Shown: piece by piece, positions 24,444 to 37,405 of the stretch | Layout of the letters: the number at the start of each line of letters is the position of its first letter | How positions within the stretch are numbered: the stretch's first letter is position 1 | From: Octopus sinensis | Taxonomy: Eukaryota | Assembly: GCF_006345805.1 (NCBI RefSeq) | Contig: NC_043018.1 | Location: forward strand, 26,102,001 to 26,166,000 | Direction: 5' to 3' | Length of the DNA: 64,000 nt | Notes under the pieces: generated by a model | The model's database searches: none | Told to the model about the DNA's origin: nothing | Seen by the model: the letters and a program-made list of their open reading frames with translations, nothing else | Translations under genes and position numbers: made by a program

Positions 24444-25077
24444 TTGTGAAACTGAAATTGAAACTATTTGAATTTAATTGTCGCCCCTTCCTCCCCAGCA
24501 TTTCTCTTTGCAATCCCATTTGGGGTCGCGATCCATAGTTTAAGAAGCACTGCTTTAGAACATGTTCAGTCATAGAGAAATATTGCTTTCAAGTTTTGGT
24601 AGAGTAATATGCTTTATTTAAAGCAGCAGAAAATTACTCTGAGTTTCCCGTTGCCGTTCATCGGACAGTTAACAGGTTTTGTTGAATTTTCTGCTGCTTT
24701 AAATAAAGTATATATATTTATATATATACACACACACATAGGTACATATTCTGTTGTATATTTTGTATATTATATTAATTATGTTTGTTTATTTTTATGT
24801 TTTGGTTTATGTTTTTCATTGTTTGAATTGCATAATATTGGTTTTATCTCTAATTTAATTTATATTTATACTGTGAAATTTGATTTAATCCTAAATCTAA
24901 TTTTTCCCTGTAAGTTTGGATTTGTGAAACTGAAATTGAAACTGTTTGAATTTAATTGTCGCCCCTCCCTCCCCAGCATTTCTCTTTGCAATCCCATTTG
25001 GGGTCGCGATCCATAGTTTAAGAAGCACTGCTTTATAACATGTTCAGTCATAGAGAAATATTGCTTTCAAGTTTTGG
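24444..25077. repeat. 156-bp direct duplication (24444-24599, 24922-25077) bracketing a 322-bp Penelope-like insert
   Basis: ttgtgaaactgaaattg...ttcaagttttgg occurs twice with few mismatches; the duplicated block includes a hAT-like end (ggggtcgcgatccatagtttaagaagcactg). Confidence 0.9.
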
Positions 25078-25821
25078 CACAAGTCCAGCAATTCTGAAGA
25101 AGGAGTAGATCAGTTAAATCAACCCCAGTGCTCAACCGGGTTTTATTTTATCAATCTCAAAAGGATGAAAGGCAAAGTTGACCTCAGCGGAATTTGAACT
25201 CAGAATGTAAGGCTGAACGGAATGTGGCTAAGAATTTTGCCTGCCGTGTTAATGATCCATACCATTCACCACCTTATTCCTAGGGAAATATTAGTTTGCT
25301 TGGAAACAGGTGAGGAGTGGCAACAGGTTGGACATCTCACTGTATCAAAATCTGCTTCGGTGAGTTCTCTCTGACCCATACAAGCATTGCAGAACCGAAT
25401 TACATCTGGTGTATTGTTTTATTTTAGGTTCACTGCATTAATGATGTTAATGCCAACATAACTATTTCCCAACTTGAGCTTTGTTAAGCATAAGTAAATA
25501 GAACGCATTAAATCATTTTTGTTATTCAGTTGCGTAATGGAAACAGTTTTTGTGAAGAAGTCTCAGAAGTGGAAAGTAATATGATGGGTTTCTACAAGAT
25601 GCTGTTATTAAACCTGACAAGTGTTTGGTTTTTAATGGTTTATGTTGTATGTTATTAAGAGAGTTTGCAGTTCTGATCTCTTCCTTGTAATGCTTGCTGT
25701 TCCTGTGCTTTGGTGTTGCTAAGAGGAAAGAATATATCGAGTTTCCATGAAGGACATTTCCGTTTCTGTAGATTCGAACGTGTTAATTTATATTGCTATA
25801 GTTTACTGTGATGAATGTTCT

Positions 25822-25861
<40 letters not shown>

Positions 25862-25864
<3 letters not shown>

Positions 25865-26140
25865 TAGCAGTATCGCCCGGCGTTGCTCAGGTTTGTAAGG
25901 GAAATAACTATATAAACATTTTTAGAGAGTTACTTCCCTTATATAATAGCAACAAAAATGCATTAAAAATGGGAAGAAATGATGGTAAATTTTTTTTAAA
26001 TCGTAGACTCATCGTAGACGCGTGCCAATACCCAGAAGGGCTCAATATGAATCATGACTATAAGATACCCGCTTTTGGTTAAACTGCACTGCAAAATGTG
26101 GGAGTAGTTAGGAATCTAAATCGTAGGAGACAGACACACA
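25862..26140 (+). mobile_element. Helentron-associated (HINE/DINE-1-like) non-autonomous element
   Basis: Starts atactagcagtatcgcccggcgttgctc.gg after (TA)n and ends in a gacagacac microsatellite-like tract; architecture recalled for DINE-like elements. Confidence 0.55.
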
Positions 26141-26160
26141 AAGATATACAAAGATATGTA

Positions 26161-26197
<37 letters not shown>

Positions 26198-26225
26198 ATA
26201 TTTCTAATTATGTATTTGTGTATGC

Positions 26226-26257
<32 letters not shown>

Positions 26258-26732
26258 CGGGAAAGTTTACGAAAATAAACAAAAGACGAAGGCAGGTGGA
26301 GTACAAACAAACAAATGTATTAGTATAGCGCTCAGGAATAGAAATAGAAAAAGTCTTTTACGTTTCGAGCCTACGCTCTTCGACAGAAAGATACACAGAA
26401 AAAAACAAGGAGAGAAACAAGGAGAGAAAAAAAATGCGTGTAGGAGCTAACGATCGATCATCTATATATATGCATGTATTCATGTGTGTATGTGTGTGCA
26501 TATATATTTGTTTATGTGTATATATGTATGTATATATATGTGTGTGTATGTATGTATACACTAATATCAGGCCTTCCATTTTGTTCTCCTCATTCTCCAA
26601 TTCTCACTCAAAACAGACACAAATACCAACACTTCTATGTGGTACAATTGAACAATGTAAAGATCTCTTCACCTGAAAGCATTGGTTGCCTTGTTAAATT
26701 CCACAAATATGTTATATACTTTATAATATATA

Positions 26733-26814
<82 letters not shown>

Positions 26815-26816
<2 letters not shown>

Positions 26817-27080
26817 TGGACTGGCTCCTGTGCAGGTGGCACGTAAAAAACACAATTGAGTGAGGCTGTTGCCAGTACCACCTGACTGGCCCTCATGCTG
26901 GTGGCACATAAAAAGCACCCACTACACTCATGGAGTGGTTGGTGTTTGGAAGGACATCCAGCTGTAGAAACTCTGCTAGATCAGACTGGAGCCTGGTGCA
27001 GCCATCTGGCTCGCCAGTCCTCGGTCAAACCGTCCAACCTATGCCTGACTGGAAAGCAGATGTTAAACGATGATGATGAT
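26815..27080 (+). mobile_element. Family C copy
   Basis: Core and (GAT)n tail. Confidence 0.85.
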
Positions 27081-27989
27081 ATATATATTTAAAAGAAGGA
27101 CACTGGACTAACAATTATAGGTGTGGAGAATGTATTTTCTATATTTGCTGGTTTATAAGGTGCACTCTCACATAAGGCAAACGCCCATGAATCTGTAGAA
27201 AAAAATAAATATTTTGTGGAAAAATCAAATTTAATATTGTTCATCATCCACTCATAAATTTGGTATCCAATCCATAAAACAGTCACATTAAATGCGTTTC
27301 AATTCATTGTTACATTTAACAATTAAAAAAAGTGTGTTATATAGACTGACATACACAGTATATGAAAACTTACATCTTTACAGCTGTTTCAAATGACCAG
27401 TGAATTATTACTATAATAATGCATATTATGTAGATAGGTGTAATACTGAAGCAATATTACTCATAAACATATAAGAAAAGATTGTATCAACTAGCAAGAA
27501 TCTTGATAGCTGCTTATCTTTGCATACAAAATTGACATTTTCTTCAGAAGTCTTGTGTAGTAATATTCCATCAATATTACACCTCTCCTATGTAAAGTGC
27601 AATATGATAACAGCCATTCACTGACCATTTGAAACAATTGAAATAGCTTGATTTCTGCTGTTCTTCTAGCCAACTTTTCTACATCTGTACTACTTTACGC
27701 TGATGAAGAAGTGAATGTCTATTCCATGCTTACATTAACATTTTATCACCTATATATATATATTTATATATATACACACACACACACACATACACACACA
27801 CATAGGTACATATTCTGTTGTATATTTTGTATATTATATTAATTATGTTTGTTTATTTTTATGTTTTGGTTTATGTTTTTCATTGTTTGATTTGCCTAAT
27901 AGTGGTTTTATCTCTAATTTAATTATATTATACTGTGAAATTGGATTAATCCTAAATCTAATTTTTCCCTGTAAGTTTGGATTTATTCC

Positions 27990-28074
27990 CTAATATTATT
28001 ATTAATATTATATATATATATATATATATAATATATATATATATATATAATATATATATTATTATTATTAATAT

Positions 28075-28165
<91 letters not shown>

Positions 28166-28211
28166 AGATTATATGTAAATATATATTATATATATATATT
28201 ATTATTAATAT

Positions 28212-28261
<50 letters not shown>

Positions 28262-28370
28262 TTAATATGTAAATATATATATATTATATATATATATAAA
28301 TATAAGATTATATGTAAATATATATATATATATATATATAAATATAAGATTATATGTAAATATATATATG
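27990..28370. repeat. Long imperfect (TA)n tract
   Basis: Direct reading. Confidence 0.95.
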
Positions 28371-29371
28371 TAAATTATGGCAGTGTAAATAATGGACAGA
28401 GTTAAGACTATTGAAAAGGTTGCAAGACGCAACGAAAATTTTAGGAAAATAAAAATAAGGAATAAGTGGAAATTTTAGCAGTGAGTGTGTTAAATTATAA
28501 GGCACAAAAAGAAAATGACTCCCCCCAGACACAACAGTATGTATTCATATATACATATGTAAAAAGTACCCAGTACACTTGGTTATGTGGTTGGCATCAA
28601 GAAGGGGCACCCTGGTATAGAAAGCACCCCAAAGCAGAGGTAGAACCTAGTGGAGTCCTCCAGCTTGTCTGTTCTTGTCAAACCATCCAACCCATGCCAG
28701 TATGGAATAAATAGACATTAAGTGATAATATACTTATGAATACCAAATATAAATTATTACATATATATATATATATATATACATATATGCAAGCATACAC
28801 ATTTATAAACCAAATGCCATAGATTGAGTTATTTCTATAATGAAAGGTCATTTCTTCTTGTTTTCTTTTCCTTTTATCATGGTGCTTCAGCTTCTCTTCA
28901 ATTTTCTTTTTATATCTGGAATGTCTGGTGACTTTACCGTTTCTCGAAAAACTTCTGTTAGTTTTTCCAAACCAATTTCATTGTTGTAATGAAGATGAGT
29001 CAGCAGAATTGCCGACACTGCTGTATATTATTAGTTTCTGAGAAAATAGAATATCATGATGCTGCACATAAAAACATCCAAGACTACATCCAAAAGAAAG
29101 CCATTTAGTTGATTGGCAAGGAATCGTTTACCAACACACCCCATCCTCAGCCGACAGATGTGCTCTGTTACATATCTCCACACAAGTTTTAGTTGCCTGT
29201 CTCTGCTTTTCTTGTCACCTATTCTATGTCCTGCATTCTATGTCAGGATCCTATGATAGGATGAAAGGCAAAGTTGCCCTCGGTGGAACTTGAACTGAGA
29301 ACGTAAACTACCTGAAGAGATGCTACTAAGCATTTTGTCCAACATGCTAATGATTCTACCAACTTGATGAC

Positions 29372-29404
<33 letters not shown>

Positions 29405-29890
29405 TTGACCTTAACCAGTTGAGCATGTCCCTTAGTGGCTGATGATATGTGCATGTCTAATCACGAGCAGAAGTAGTGGGGGAGCATCATAGCCATGTGT
29501 TGAGAGGGATTCTTTGGGGCCTGAATAACTCACCTCTGGAAACATGGATGGTTCTTTCAACATCCTTAAACAACCCTTATTCAGGGACCTTTTGAGTGGG
29601 ATGGGTTACTCAACCTGAAGAAAATTCTAACTGGGCCCCACCTGCAAGGTCATGTGCTGTTTGTCTTGATATGAGATCACCATGTCGTGCACACGTGGTT
29701 GTGATGCATGTGCCTGGTGTACCCTTATCAGACGGGTAGTCATGATGGGTATATTGGGCTTCGTATATTTTACCCCAGTGTCACTTGGATGGCATGAACT
29801 GCTCTCTCACTCAATAATAATAATAATAATAATATAATAGATGGACTACAGCAAATATTCTGCTCAATACCACAGATTTGCTTGTCAGTT
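29405..29890 (+). mobile_element. LINE 3'-UTR-like repeat in a (TAA)n tract, in permuted order; related fragment at ~7120-7280 (-)
   Basis: Shares gagcatg.cccttagtggctga...gggggagcatcatagccatgtgttgagaggga and gcaaatattctgctcaataccacagatttgcttgtcagtt with the 7.2 kb copy. Confidence 0.7.
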
Positions 29891-29960
29891 ATTATTATAT
29901 GTTTGGCTTTTGCTTTGTGTTTGTACAAGTTGACTCCAAGTCTCACCCAAGGACCTTCAG
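29891..29960 (-). mobile_element. 3' tail of the R4/Dong-like LINE
   Basis: Reverse complement of ~59965-60035. Confidence 0.7.
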
Positions 29961-30358
29961 TGACAACAAGTAAGAAGTTCAAATTGGTTTTGTGACTTAG
30001 GTGCCATATTTTTGGTTTTGCACAAAGTATTGTTTTAGAGAATGTCTGTGAAAATATAAGTAAATTACAAGTTTGTTCTAAAATTAAGTTGATTATAAGA
30101 TGATAGTCTGATGTTAAGATGATAGTAAAAGGTGTTTGCTGTTACGTGCATTTAAGAGTATTTTAACACTCTTTATAGATTAAAATGTTTTGAGGTTTAC
30201 ATAGACAATATTTTTCTTAGGATAAAGAGCAGCTCTTCTTCTTCTTCTTCTTCTTCTTCTTCTTCTTCTTCTTCTTCTTCTTCTTCTTCAAACACTCTGC
30301 AAAATGAAGTAGACTATCATTGAGTGATCATCATTGTTGTTATTATTATTATTATTAA

Positions 30359-30660
30359 GGCAGCAAGCTGGCAGAATCGTTAGCACGCTGGACAAAATGC
30401 ATAGTGGTATTTCACCTGTTGCTACATCCTGAGTTCAAATTTCGCTGAGGTAGACTTGGCCTCTCATCCTTGTGGGGTTGATAAATTAAGTACCATTGAG
30501 TCACTGGGGTCGATGTAATCATCTAGTTTCCTCCCCCAAAATGTTTTTGCCTTTCATCCTTTTGGGGTCAATGAAATAAGTACCAGTTACGTACTGCATT
30601 CGATAAAATTGACGATCCCACTCACCAAAAGTTTCAGGCCTTGTAACTTTAGTAGAAAAG
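30359..30660 (+). mobile_element. SINE family B variant with internal duplication of the central domain
   Basis: gcctttcatcct...ggggt.gat..aataagtacca occurs twice. Confidence 0.8.
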
Positions 30661-30677
30661 ATTATAATTATTTAACA

Positions 30678-30782
30678 TGACAGTCCCCTATGGGAATTAC
30701 ACCACCGCTGTTTAGCCCTAGGAAGCATCGAACGCTTCCTAGGGCTAAACAGCAGTGGTGTAATTCCCATACGGGACTGTCA
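30678..30782. repeat. Near-perfect inverted repeat: 49-bp arms (47/49), 7-nt loop
   Basis: tgacagtcccctatgggaattacaccaccgctgtttagccctaggaagc-atcgaac-gcttcctagggctaaacagcagtggtgtaattcccatacgggactgtca. Confidence 0.95.
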
Positions 30783-31043
30783 CATTAAGTTGACAGTATA
30801 CGACCACTCCATCGCTCCACCACCGCTCATGTCTCTCTGAGACATTTAGAAATTTAATATTTCTGATTATAATTATTATTATTTAAGACATCACACAGTA
30901 TCCAATATCGCGATGTTGTTGATTGAAGATATTGTGTCTACTGAGGGTTTGTACTGCTCCCATGAAACTGCTGGCCTTGAAGCCAAAATCTGAAATCCCC
31001 CTCCTCTTCCTCCTCCTCCTCATCATTATTATCATTATTATTA

Positions 31044-31543
31044 AGGCAGTGAACTGGCAGAATCGTTAGCATGCTGGATGAAATGCTTGGTGGTATTTCG
31101 CCTGTTGCTACACTCTGAGTTCAAATTCCACTAAGGTTGACTTTGCCTTTCATCCTTCCAGCGGGGTCGACAAAATAAGTACCAGATGAAAACTGGGGCC
31201 AGTGTAATCGACTTATCCCCTCCTCCCAAATTTCTGCCCTTGTGGCAAAATTTGAATCCGTCATCATCATTATCATTATTATCATCATCATTATTGTTAT
31301 TATTATTGTTATTATTATTCAATCCATTCGTGGCTGTTGCCAGCCTTGCCTGGCACTTGTGCCAGTGCCATGTAAAATGCACCATCTGAATGTGGCCATT
31401 GCCAGCCTCGCCTGGCACGTAAAAAGCACCCACTACACTCACGGAGTGGTTGGCATTAGGAAGGGCATTCAGCTGTAGAAACACTGCCAGATCAGACTGG
31501 AGCCTGGTGCAGCCTCCATGGCTTCCCAGATCCCCGGTCAAAC
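31044..31543 (+). mobile_element. Family B copy (31044-31255) followed by a family C copy running into the gap
   Basis: Family motifs. Confidence 0.8.
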
Positions 31544-31643
31544 NNNNNNNNNNNNNNNNNNNNNNNNNNNNNNNNNNNNNNNNNNNNNNNNNNNNNNNNN
31601 NNNNNNNNNNNNNNNNNNNNNNNNNNNNNNNNNNNNNNNNNNN
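31544..31643. other. Assembly gap (100 N, true size unknown)
   Basis: Run of N. Confidence 1.
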
Positions 31644-32074
31644 TTGTCTGAACCTAGTCTCATTCTTCTTACCATTACTTTACCTAACAACTCTTACTAT
31701 ATCCATGGTTTTCTATATTGAAGGAAGCACCATTTATCTGTGGTGTACCAGTATTATGCAATAGCGATAGCAAAGATATCTAACCTAGAAGTCACAGCCT
31801 GCACACCCTACCAGTTCTTTTCCAATTTCATTAAGTAAATAATCCTTATACAAAGACAGTTATTTGTGCTGCGCTTGTTAAATAATAGAAGACACTATTT
31901 AAATCTCTTACCTGAGACTCTTGTCCGGAGTTGCATTACCTGATTCACGCAGTGGTGATTATACTATCTAATTAAATAATATTAACGCCACCTGTATAAC
32001 ATTCCAGATTGTTAATCATTAGACTACTCCCTACTGCTGGCTTTCTTTGATATCCGATCTGGTATTTCCTCTAA

Positions 32075-32310
32075 GGGCGGCGAGCTGGCAGAATCGTTAG
32101 CGCGCCGGGCGAAATGCTAAGCGGTATTTCGTCTGCCGTTACGTTGCGAGTTCAAATTCTGCCGAGGTCGACTTTGCCTTTCATCCTTTCGGGGTCGATA
32201 AATTAAGCACCAGTTACGCACTGGAGTCGATGTAATCGACTTAATACCTATGTCTGTCCTTGTTCGTCCCCTCTATGTTTAGCCCCTTGTGGGTAATAAA
32301 GAAATAGGTA
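32075..32310 (+). mobile_element. SINE family B, young full-length copy
   Basis: 14-bp TSD ggtatttcctctaa; CpGs retained. Confidence 0.92.
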
Positions 32311-32754
32311 TTTCCTCTAACTCCGTACTAGGTGTAGTTTATTATATAAACCCCACTTTCTTTGAACTCCTTAATGATAACTCGTACTCTACGCCCGAGG
32401 CTATAGAAGGAGACACTTATCCAAGATGCCACGCTTTGGGACTGAAACTGGAACCATGTGGTTGGGAAGTAAGGTTCTTCCCACACAGCTACATCTGCAC
32501 CTATATATCAGCAGGCTTCTTATCACACAGCCATGCCTGCACCTTTACATCAGAAATATTACATTTTCTATACACATGCAGTATGTTTTTTTATACATAT
32601 GCATGTTTTACTGACAACCAATATGTAGCTGTCAGTCACTGTCTCTCTTCCATTCCTCTCCCCTCTATCACATTCATACTCTTTCCATTTCACTCTCTTC
32701 TATCACCTTCTTATTTCTTTACTGCCCACAAGGGGCTAAAGAGAGGGGATTCCA

Positions 32755-33055
32755 CTTAGGAAGTTACCCTCCGAGGCACAAGTCCGGGCAAGGTTGTTTA
32801 TGGAAGACCAGCAGTTGCCCATGCATACCAGCCTACCCTCTCCATGCCACCAGTATTCTCCAAGGGAAAGGCAAAGGGGCCGATACGGCTTGGCACCTGT
32901 GACGTCGCAGCTAATTTCTACAGCTGAGTGAACTGGAGCAATGTGAAATAAAGTGTCTTGCTCAAGAACACAACACGCAGCCCAGTCCTGGATTCGAACT
33001 CACAACCTTGCGATTGTAAGCTTGATGCTCTAACCACTGAGCCATGCACCTTCAC
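32755..33055 (-). mobile_element. SINE family D (tRNA-derived head + ttgagcaagacactt domain); relatives at ~20368-20540 (+), 33510-33815 (-), 36813-37065 (+), 47990-48313 (-), 61515-61790 (-)
   Basis: Minus strand reads ggtgcatggctcagtggttagagc...gagttcgaatcc (clear A/B boxes) then gttgtgttcttgagcaagacactttatttcac. Confidence 0.8.
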
Positions 33056-33947
33056 ACCTTCTTACTATCACCTTCTTACTCTGGTTTTCTTTCTCTCCTG
33101 ACTATCTATTCACCATATCAGTCTATTATCGTGAACAAACATTTGATTGCAACCATATATGGAAATGATGCGTTAGACTTGCTGGGGCAGAATGATCCCT
33201 CTGGTGCTGCTTCATTGATAAAATGCCCTCAGTGAACTCTAGAAAGTGTTTGACATTAGGAAGGACATCCATCTGCAGAAATTAAACCAAAAATAAGGCA
33301 TATGTGATCCCTGCTCTGTAGAGAAGAGGATGGCAACTCTAAATAGGAACTGAGTTGAAACATCATAACTCATCAAATACATGCCAGCATAGAAAAACCT
33401 AAAATAATTGTTTCTACTAAAGGCGCAAGGCCTGAAATTTTTTTGGGGAAGGGGATTATTGATTACATTGACCTCAGTACTTAACTGATACTTATTTTTA
33501 TTTATTTACTTATGCACCCTTTTCATTCCTAGTCAGGCTCATGGGCCCAGTTTCCCGGTTTCTGAGGCATATGTGTTCTTCCCAGCTGGACAGGATGCCA
33601 GTCCATTGCAATGTTACCCAAGAAACAAGAAGAAAGAGTGAGAGAAAGTTGGGGAGAAAGAGTACAACAGGGGTCGCCACCACCCCTGCCAGAGCCTCGT
33701 GGAGCTTTAGGTGTTTTTGCTCCATGAACACACATAACACCTGGTCTGGGAATCAAAACCGCGATCCTCTGACCGCAAGTCCGCTGCCCTAACCACTGGA
33801 CCATTGCGACTCCACAGTACTTATTTTATCAACAGCTGGCTGGTGTGTTGAATAAAATACATTATATATACATTGCTGTTTCATATATCAATGAGGGGTA
33901 TTACATTTCAGCATGAAAATTACTGATGAACCATATACATACATATA

Positions 33948-33978
<31 letters not shown>

Positions 33979-34254
33979 TGAAATGTGTATATATACACAC
34001 ACACAATATATATATATATATATATAAACCTAAGTTTGCAGTATTACAGATTCTTTACAGTCTGTCTTACCAATCGGTTTCATGCCGGATATTGAGTAAT
34101 TTGATGATATCTAATATCCAGTCCAAAGCCAGATTGGTAAGACTGTCTATAATGGATCTGTAATACTGTGTACTTTGATTTATGTACCTACTCTGTTGAC
34201 AGATATATGAGTACCAATTTGTTTATTTTTTTCCACTTACGAATTGCTAGATGA

Positions 34255-34475
34255 CTATATACATATATATATATATATGTGTGTGGTGTATATATATATA
34301 TGTGTGTGTGTATATATATATATATATGTGTGTGTATATATATATATATATGTGTATTATATATGTGTGTGAGTATATATATGTGTATATATATATATAT
34401 ATATGTGCATATATATATATATGTGTGTATGTATATATATATATATGTGTGTGTGTATATGTGTATATATATGTG

Positions 34476-34516
<41 letters not shown>

Positions 34517-34560
34517 ATATATGTCAGTCTACATATATATGTTAGATGACTATACATATA
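34255..34560. repeat. Mixed (TA)/(TG) microsatellite
   Basis: Direct reading; flanked by repeated tagatgactatatacatatata-like sequence. Confidence 0.95.
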
Positions 34561-35256
34561 TATGTCTCTTTTGTTTTCAGTCATCTAAATTCTTTCTCTG
34601 AAGAAGTAGCTGGTTTCTAACAAAGATACAAAGATACAATGCTCCATCGTTGGAATGTAATAACAAAAACGATGTCACATTTTAAACCTGAGAAAAGTCT
34701 TGCATACTTTTACCGTTCCGCTTACAGATTCTATTTTCAATGTGTGAAACAGTTGGTTGATTTTATTTTTCTGAAAGTCCAAGCTTATCCAGGCTGACAG
34801 TTAGGCATTTACTTACAAAACCAAGTGTTCTGATTATTATTGGTATAAATGTAAATTTGTAACCTGAATATAGAAGCTGTATGTACGTAATTGCTCAGTT
34901 TTATTTGAAGATTTCTTGCCAATAGAGAAAGAACCCGTTTCTAACCTAGATTCAAGGCTCCTCATTGGAATTTCAACATCAACAATAGGGTATTTTTATT
35001 TATATGTATATATATATGTATATGTGTAGATTTGTATGTTTTGCTTTATGTATGTATTCTCATGCATATAGTTGCATATCTAGTCTTCAAATTAGCTTTC
35101 TCCTTTCTGGTTTTGAGAAGCCTAATTTCTCATGACTGGTATTTAGGCAGTGTGTTACATACCCCAGGGCCCCAATGTATGTATGTATGTATGTATGTAT
35201 GTATGTATGTATGTATGTATGTATGTATGCATGCATGCATGCATGCATGCATGCAT

Positions 35257-35423
35257 GCAGGAGTGGAGTGGCTGTGTGGTAAGTAGCTTGCTTACGAACC
35301 ACATGGTTCCGGGTTCAGTCCCACTGCGTGGTACCTTGGGTAAGTGTCTTCTACTATAGCCTCGGGCCGACCAAAGCCTTGTGAGTGGATTTGGTAGACG
35401 GAAACTGAAAGAAGCTCGTCGTA

Positions 35424-35464
<41 letters not shown>

Positions 35465-35670
35465 CTGTGTTTGTCCCCCCAACATCACTTGACAACTGAT
35501 GCTGGTGTGTTTACGTCCCCGTAACTTAGCGGTTTGGCAAAAAAGAGACCGATAAAATAAGTACTAGGCTTACAAAGAATAAGTCCTGGGGTCGATTTGA
35601 TCGACTAAAGGCAGTGCTCCAGCATGGCCACAGTCACATGACTGAAACAAGTAAAAGAAAGAGAAAGAGA
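35257..35670 (+). mobile_element. SINE family A, full length, in a (GTAT)n tract
   Basis: Family A sequence. Confidence 0.9.
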
Positions 35671-35829
35671 GTATGTATGTATGTATGTATGTATGTATGT
35701 ATGCATGTATAGAAAGGATGACAGGGGTCTAAGACTCCTGGTGGTTTGCTGTCATTAAAAAGACACATCAAGCTGAGCAAAAGCATTGTTGCCCTTGCAT
35801 ACAAGCTCGTCCCTTGCAACCCCCCTCCA

Positions 35830-36072
35830 GCTGAGCATCCTTAATGTTGTGGCCTCATAGGTGCTGGTGCCACATAAAAAGCACCCATGCTGGTGTTGTG
35901 TAAAAGCATCCAGTACACTCTGGAAAGTGGTTGGCATTAGGAAGGGCATGCAGCTGTTGAAACCATGCCAAAACAGATTGGGAGCCTGAACAGCCCTTCA
36001 GATGGTCAGCTCCTGTCAAACCATCCAGTCCATGCCAGCATGGATAATGGACAGTGAATGATGATGATGATG
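35830..36072 (+). mobile_element. Family C copy; an inverted partial copy lies at 37102-37240
   Basis: Core motif and (GAT)n tail. Confidence 0.8.
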
Positions 36073-37067
36073 TTAATTATGATATATGTAATGGACACAT
36101 GCATATAGTCTGGGCATAGGGGAAATATTACTTTGCTTGAAAAGAGGTGAGGATTGGTGATGCGAAGGGTTTCTGATCATAGGAAATCTGCCCCAATAAA
36201 CTCCTTCTTAAGTGACTCGATAGAAGCTCTTATCATTGGCCATTTCATGTGTGTTTTGTCTTGTTACGAAATTGAATTGAAGCTGTGATCTTACAGATAT
36301 ATTTGAGGGAGACTTGGTTGCTATTCTTAGCAGGTCAAGCAGCTAAATATCTTTGTTAACGCAGTGTGGTGCATCAGATTTTTCTGCATAACAGGACTTC
36401 ACTTTCTTATTTAAATCTCTTTCATATTTCATTTCGACTGACCTGTCATAATAGTTGTTTTAATTTAAAAATCTCCCAAAATAATTGCTTATGCATATTA
36501 AAAATTGATGAATTGTAATTGCAGTGGAATTTAATTAAAGATTTTTAAAACGATTACGTATAATTTTAGTTGCTATGTCTCTCTCTCTCTCTCTCTCTCT
36601 CATTTCATGACTAAAATCGGAAATTTCTTTTTCCATATTCTTCTCAAAACAAAATAAGTCTCTTTGTGTAGCTTGTTGTTATATTTAGAGATTATTATTG
36701 CTGACCAATGTGTTGTGAGTGGAACCGGATAGGCGGAAACTGTAGTACAGGAATATATCCTATATATACATTATACACACACACACACATATATATATAT
36801 ATGTATGTGAGTGTGGAGGCGTATGGCTTTGTGTTTAGGGTGTTGAACTCATGATTGTAAGGTTGTGGTTTCGATTCCTGGGCTGGGCGATGTGATGTGT
36901 TCTTGAGCAAAATACTTCATTTTCACTTTGCTCCAGTCCACTCAACTGGCAAAAATGAGTAATCCTGCGATGGACTGGCGTCCCATCCAAGTGGGGAATT
37001 TATACGCCACTAAAACTGGGAAACCAGCTCTTATGAGCCTGGCATGGCTCGAGAAGGAACATTTATT

Positions 37068-37105
<38 letters not shown>

Positions 37106-37240
37106 TCATCATCATCATACGTCCGTTTTCCGCGCTAGCACGGGTTGGACGGTTCGACCGGGGTCTGGAAAGCCAGGGGCTGCACCAGGCTCCAGTCTGA
37201 TCTGGCAGAGTTTCTACAGCTGGATGCCCTTCCTAATGCC

Positions 37241-37278
<38 letters not shown>

Positions 37279-37405
37279 AGTGAAAAACGTGTATCAAATG
37301 ATGATAACATATCTATGTGCTAAGACACAACAATATATATGTTCATTTTTTAAAAATCAAATTCATCAATTACTTATTTATTGTTTTTATCTTTATTTTT
37401 TTCAG

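Larger units (their letters stand above)
5694..37405 (+). other. unc-13: GT-AG intron of unc-13 (~31.7 kb, includes a 100-N gap)
   Basis: Compatible phases and contiguous C2A protein sequence across the junction; no intervening coding exon is needed. Confidence 0.88.

Noticed and set aside
27089-27673. Two short minus-strand ORFs in non-repetitive-looking sequence
   Set aside because: No recognisable homology or splice structure; they lie beside Penelope-like fragments and are probably decayed element sequence.
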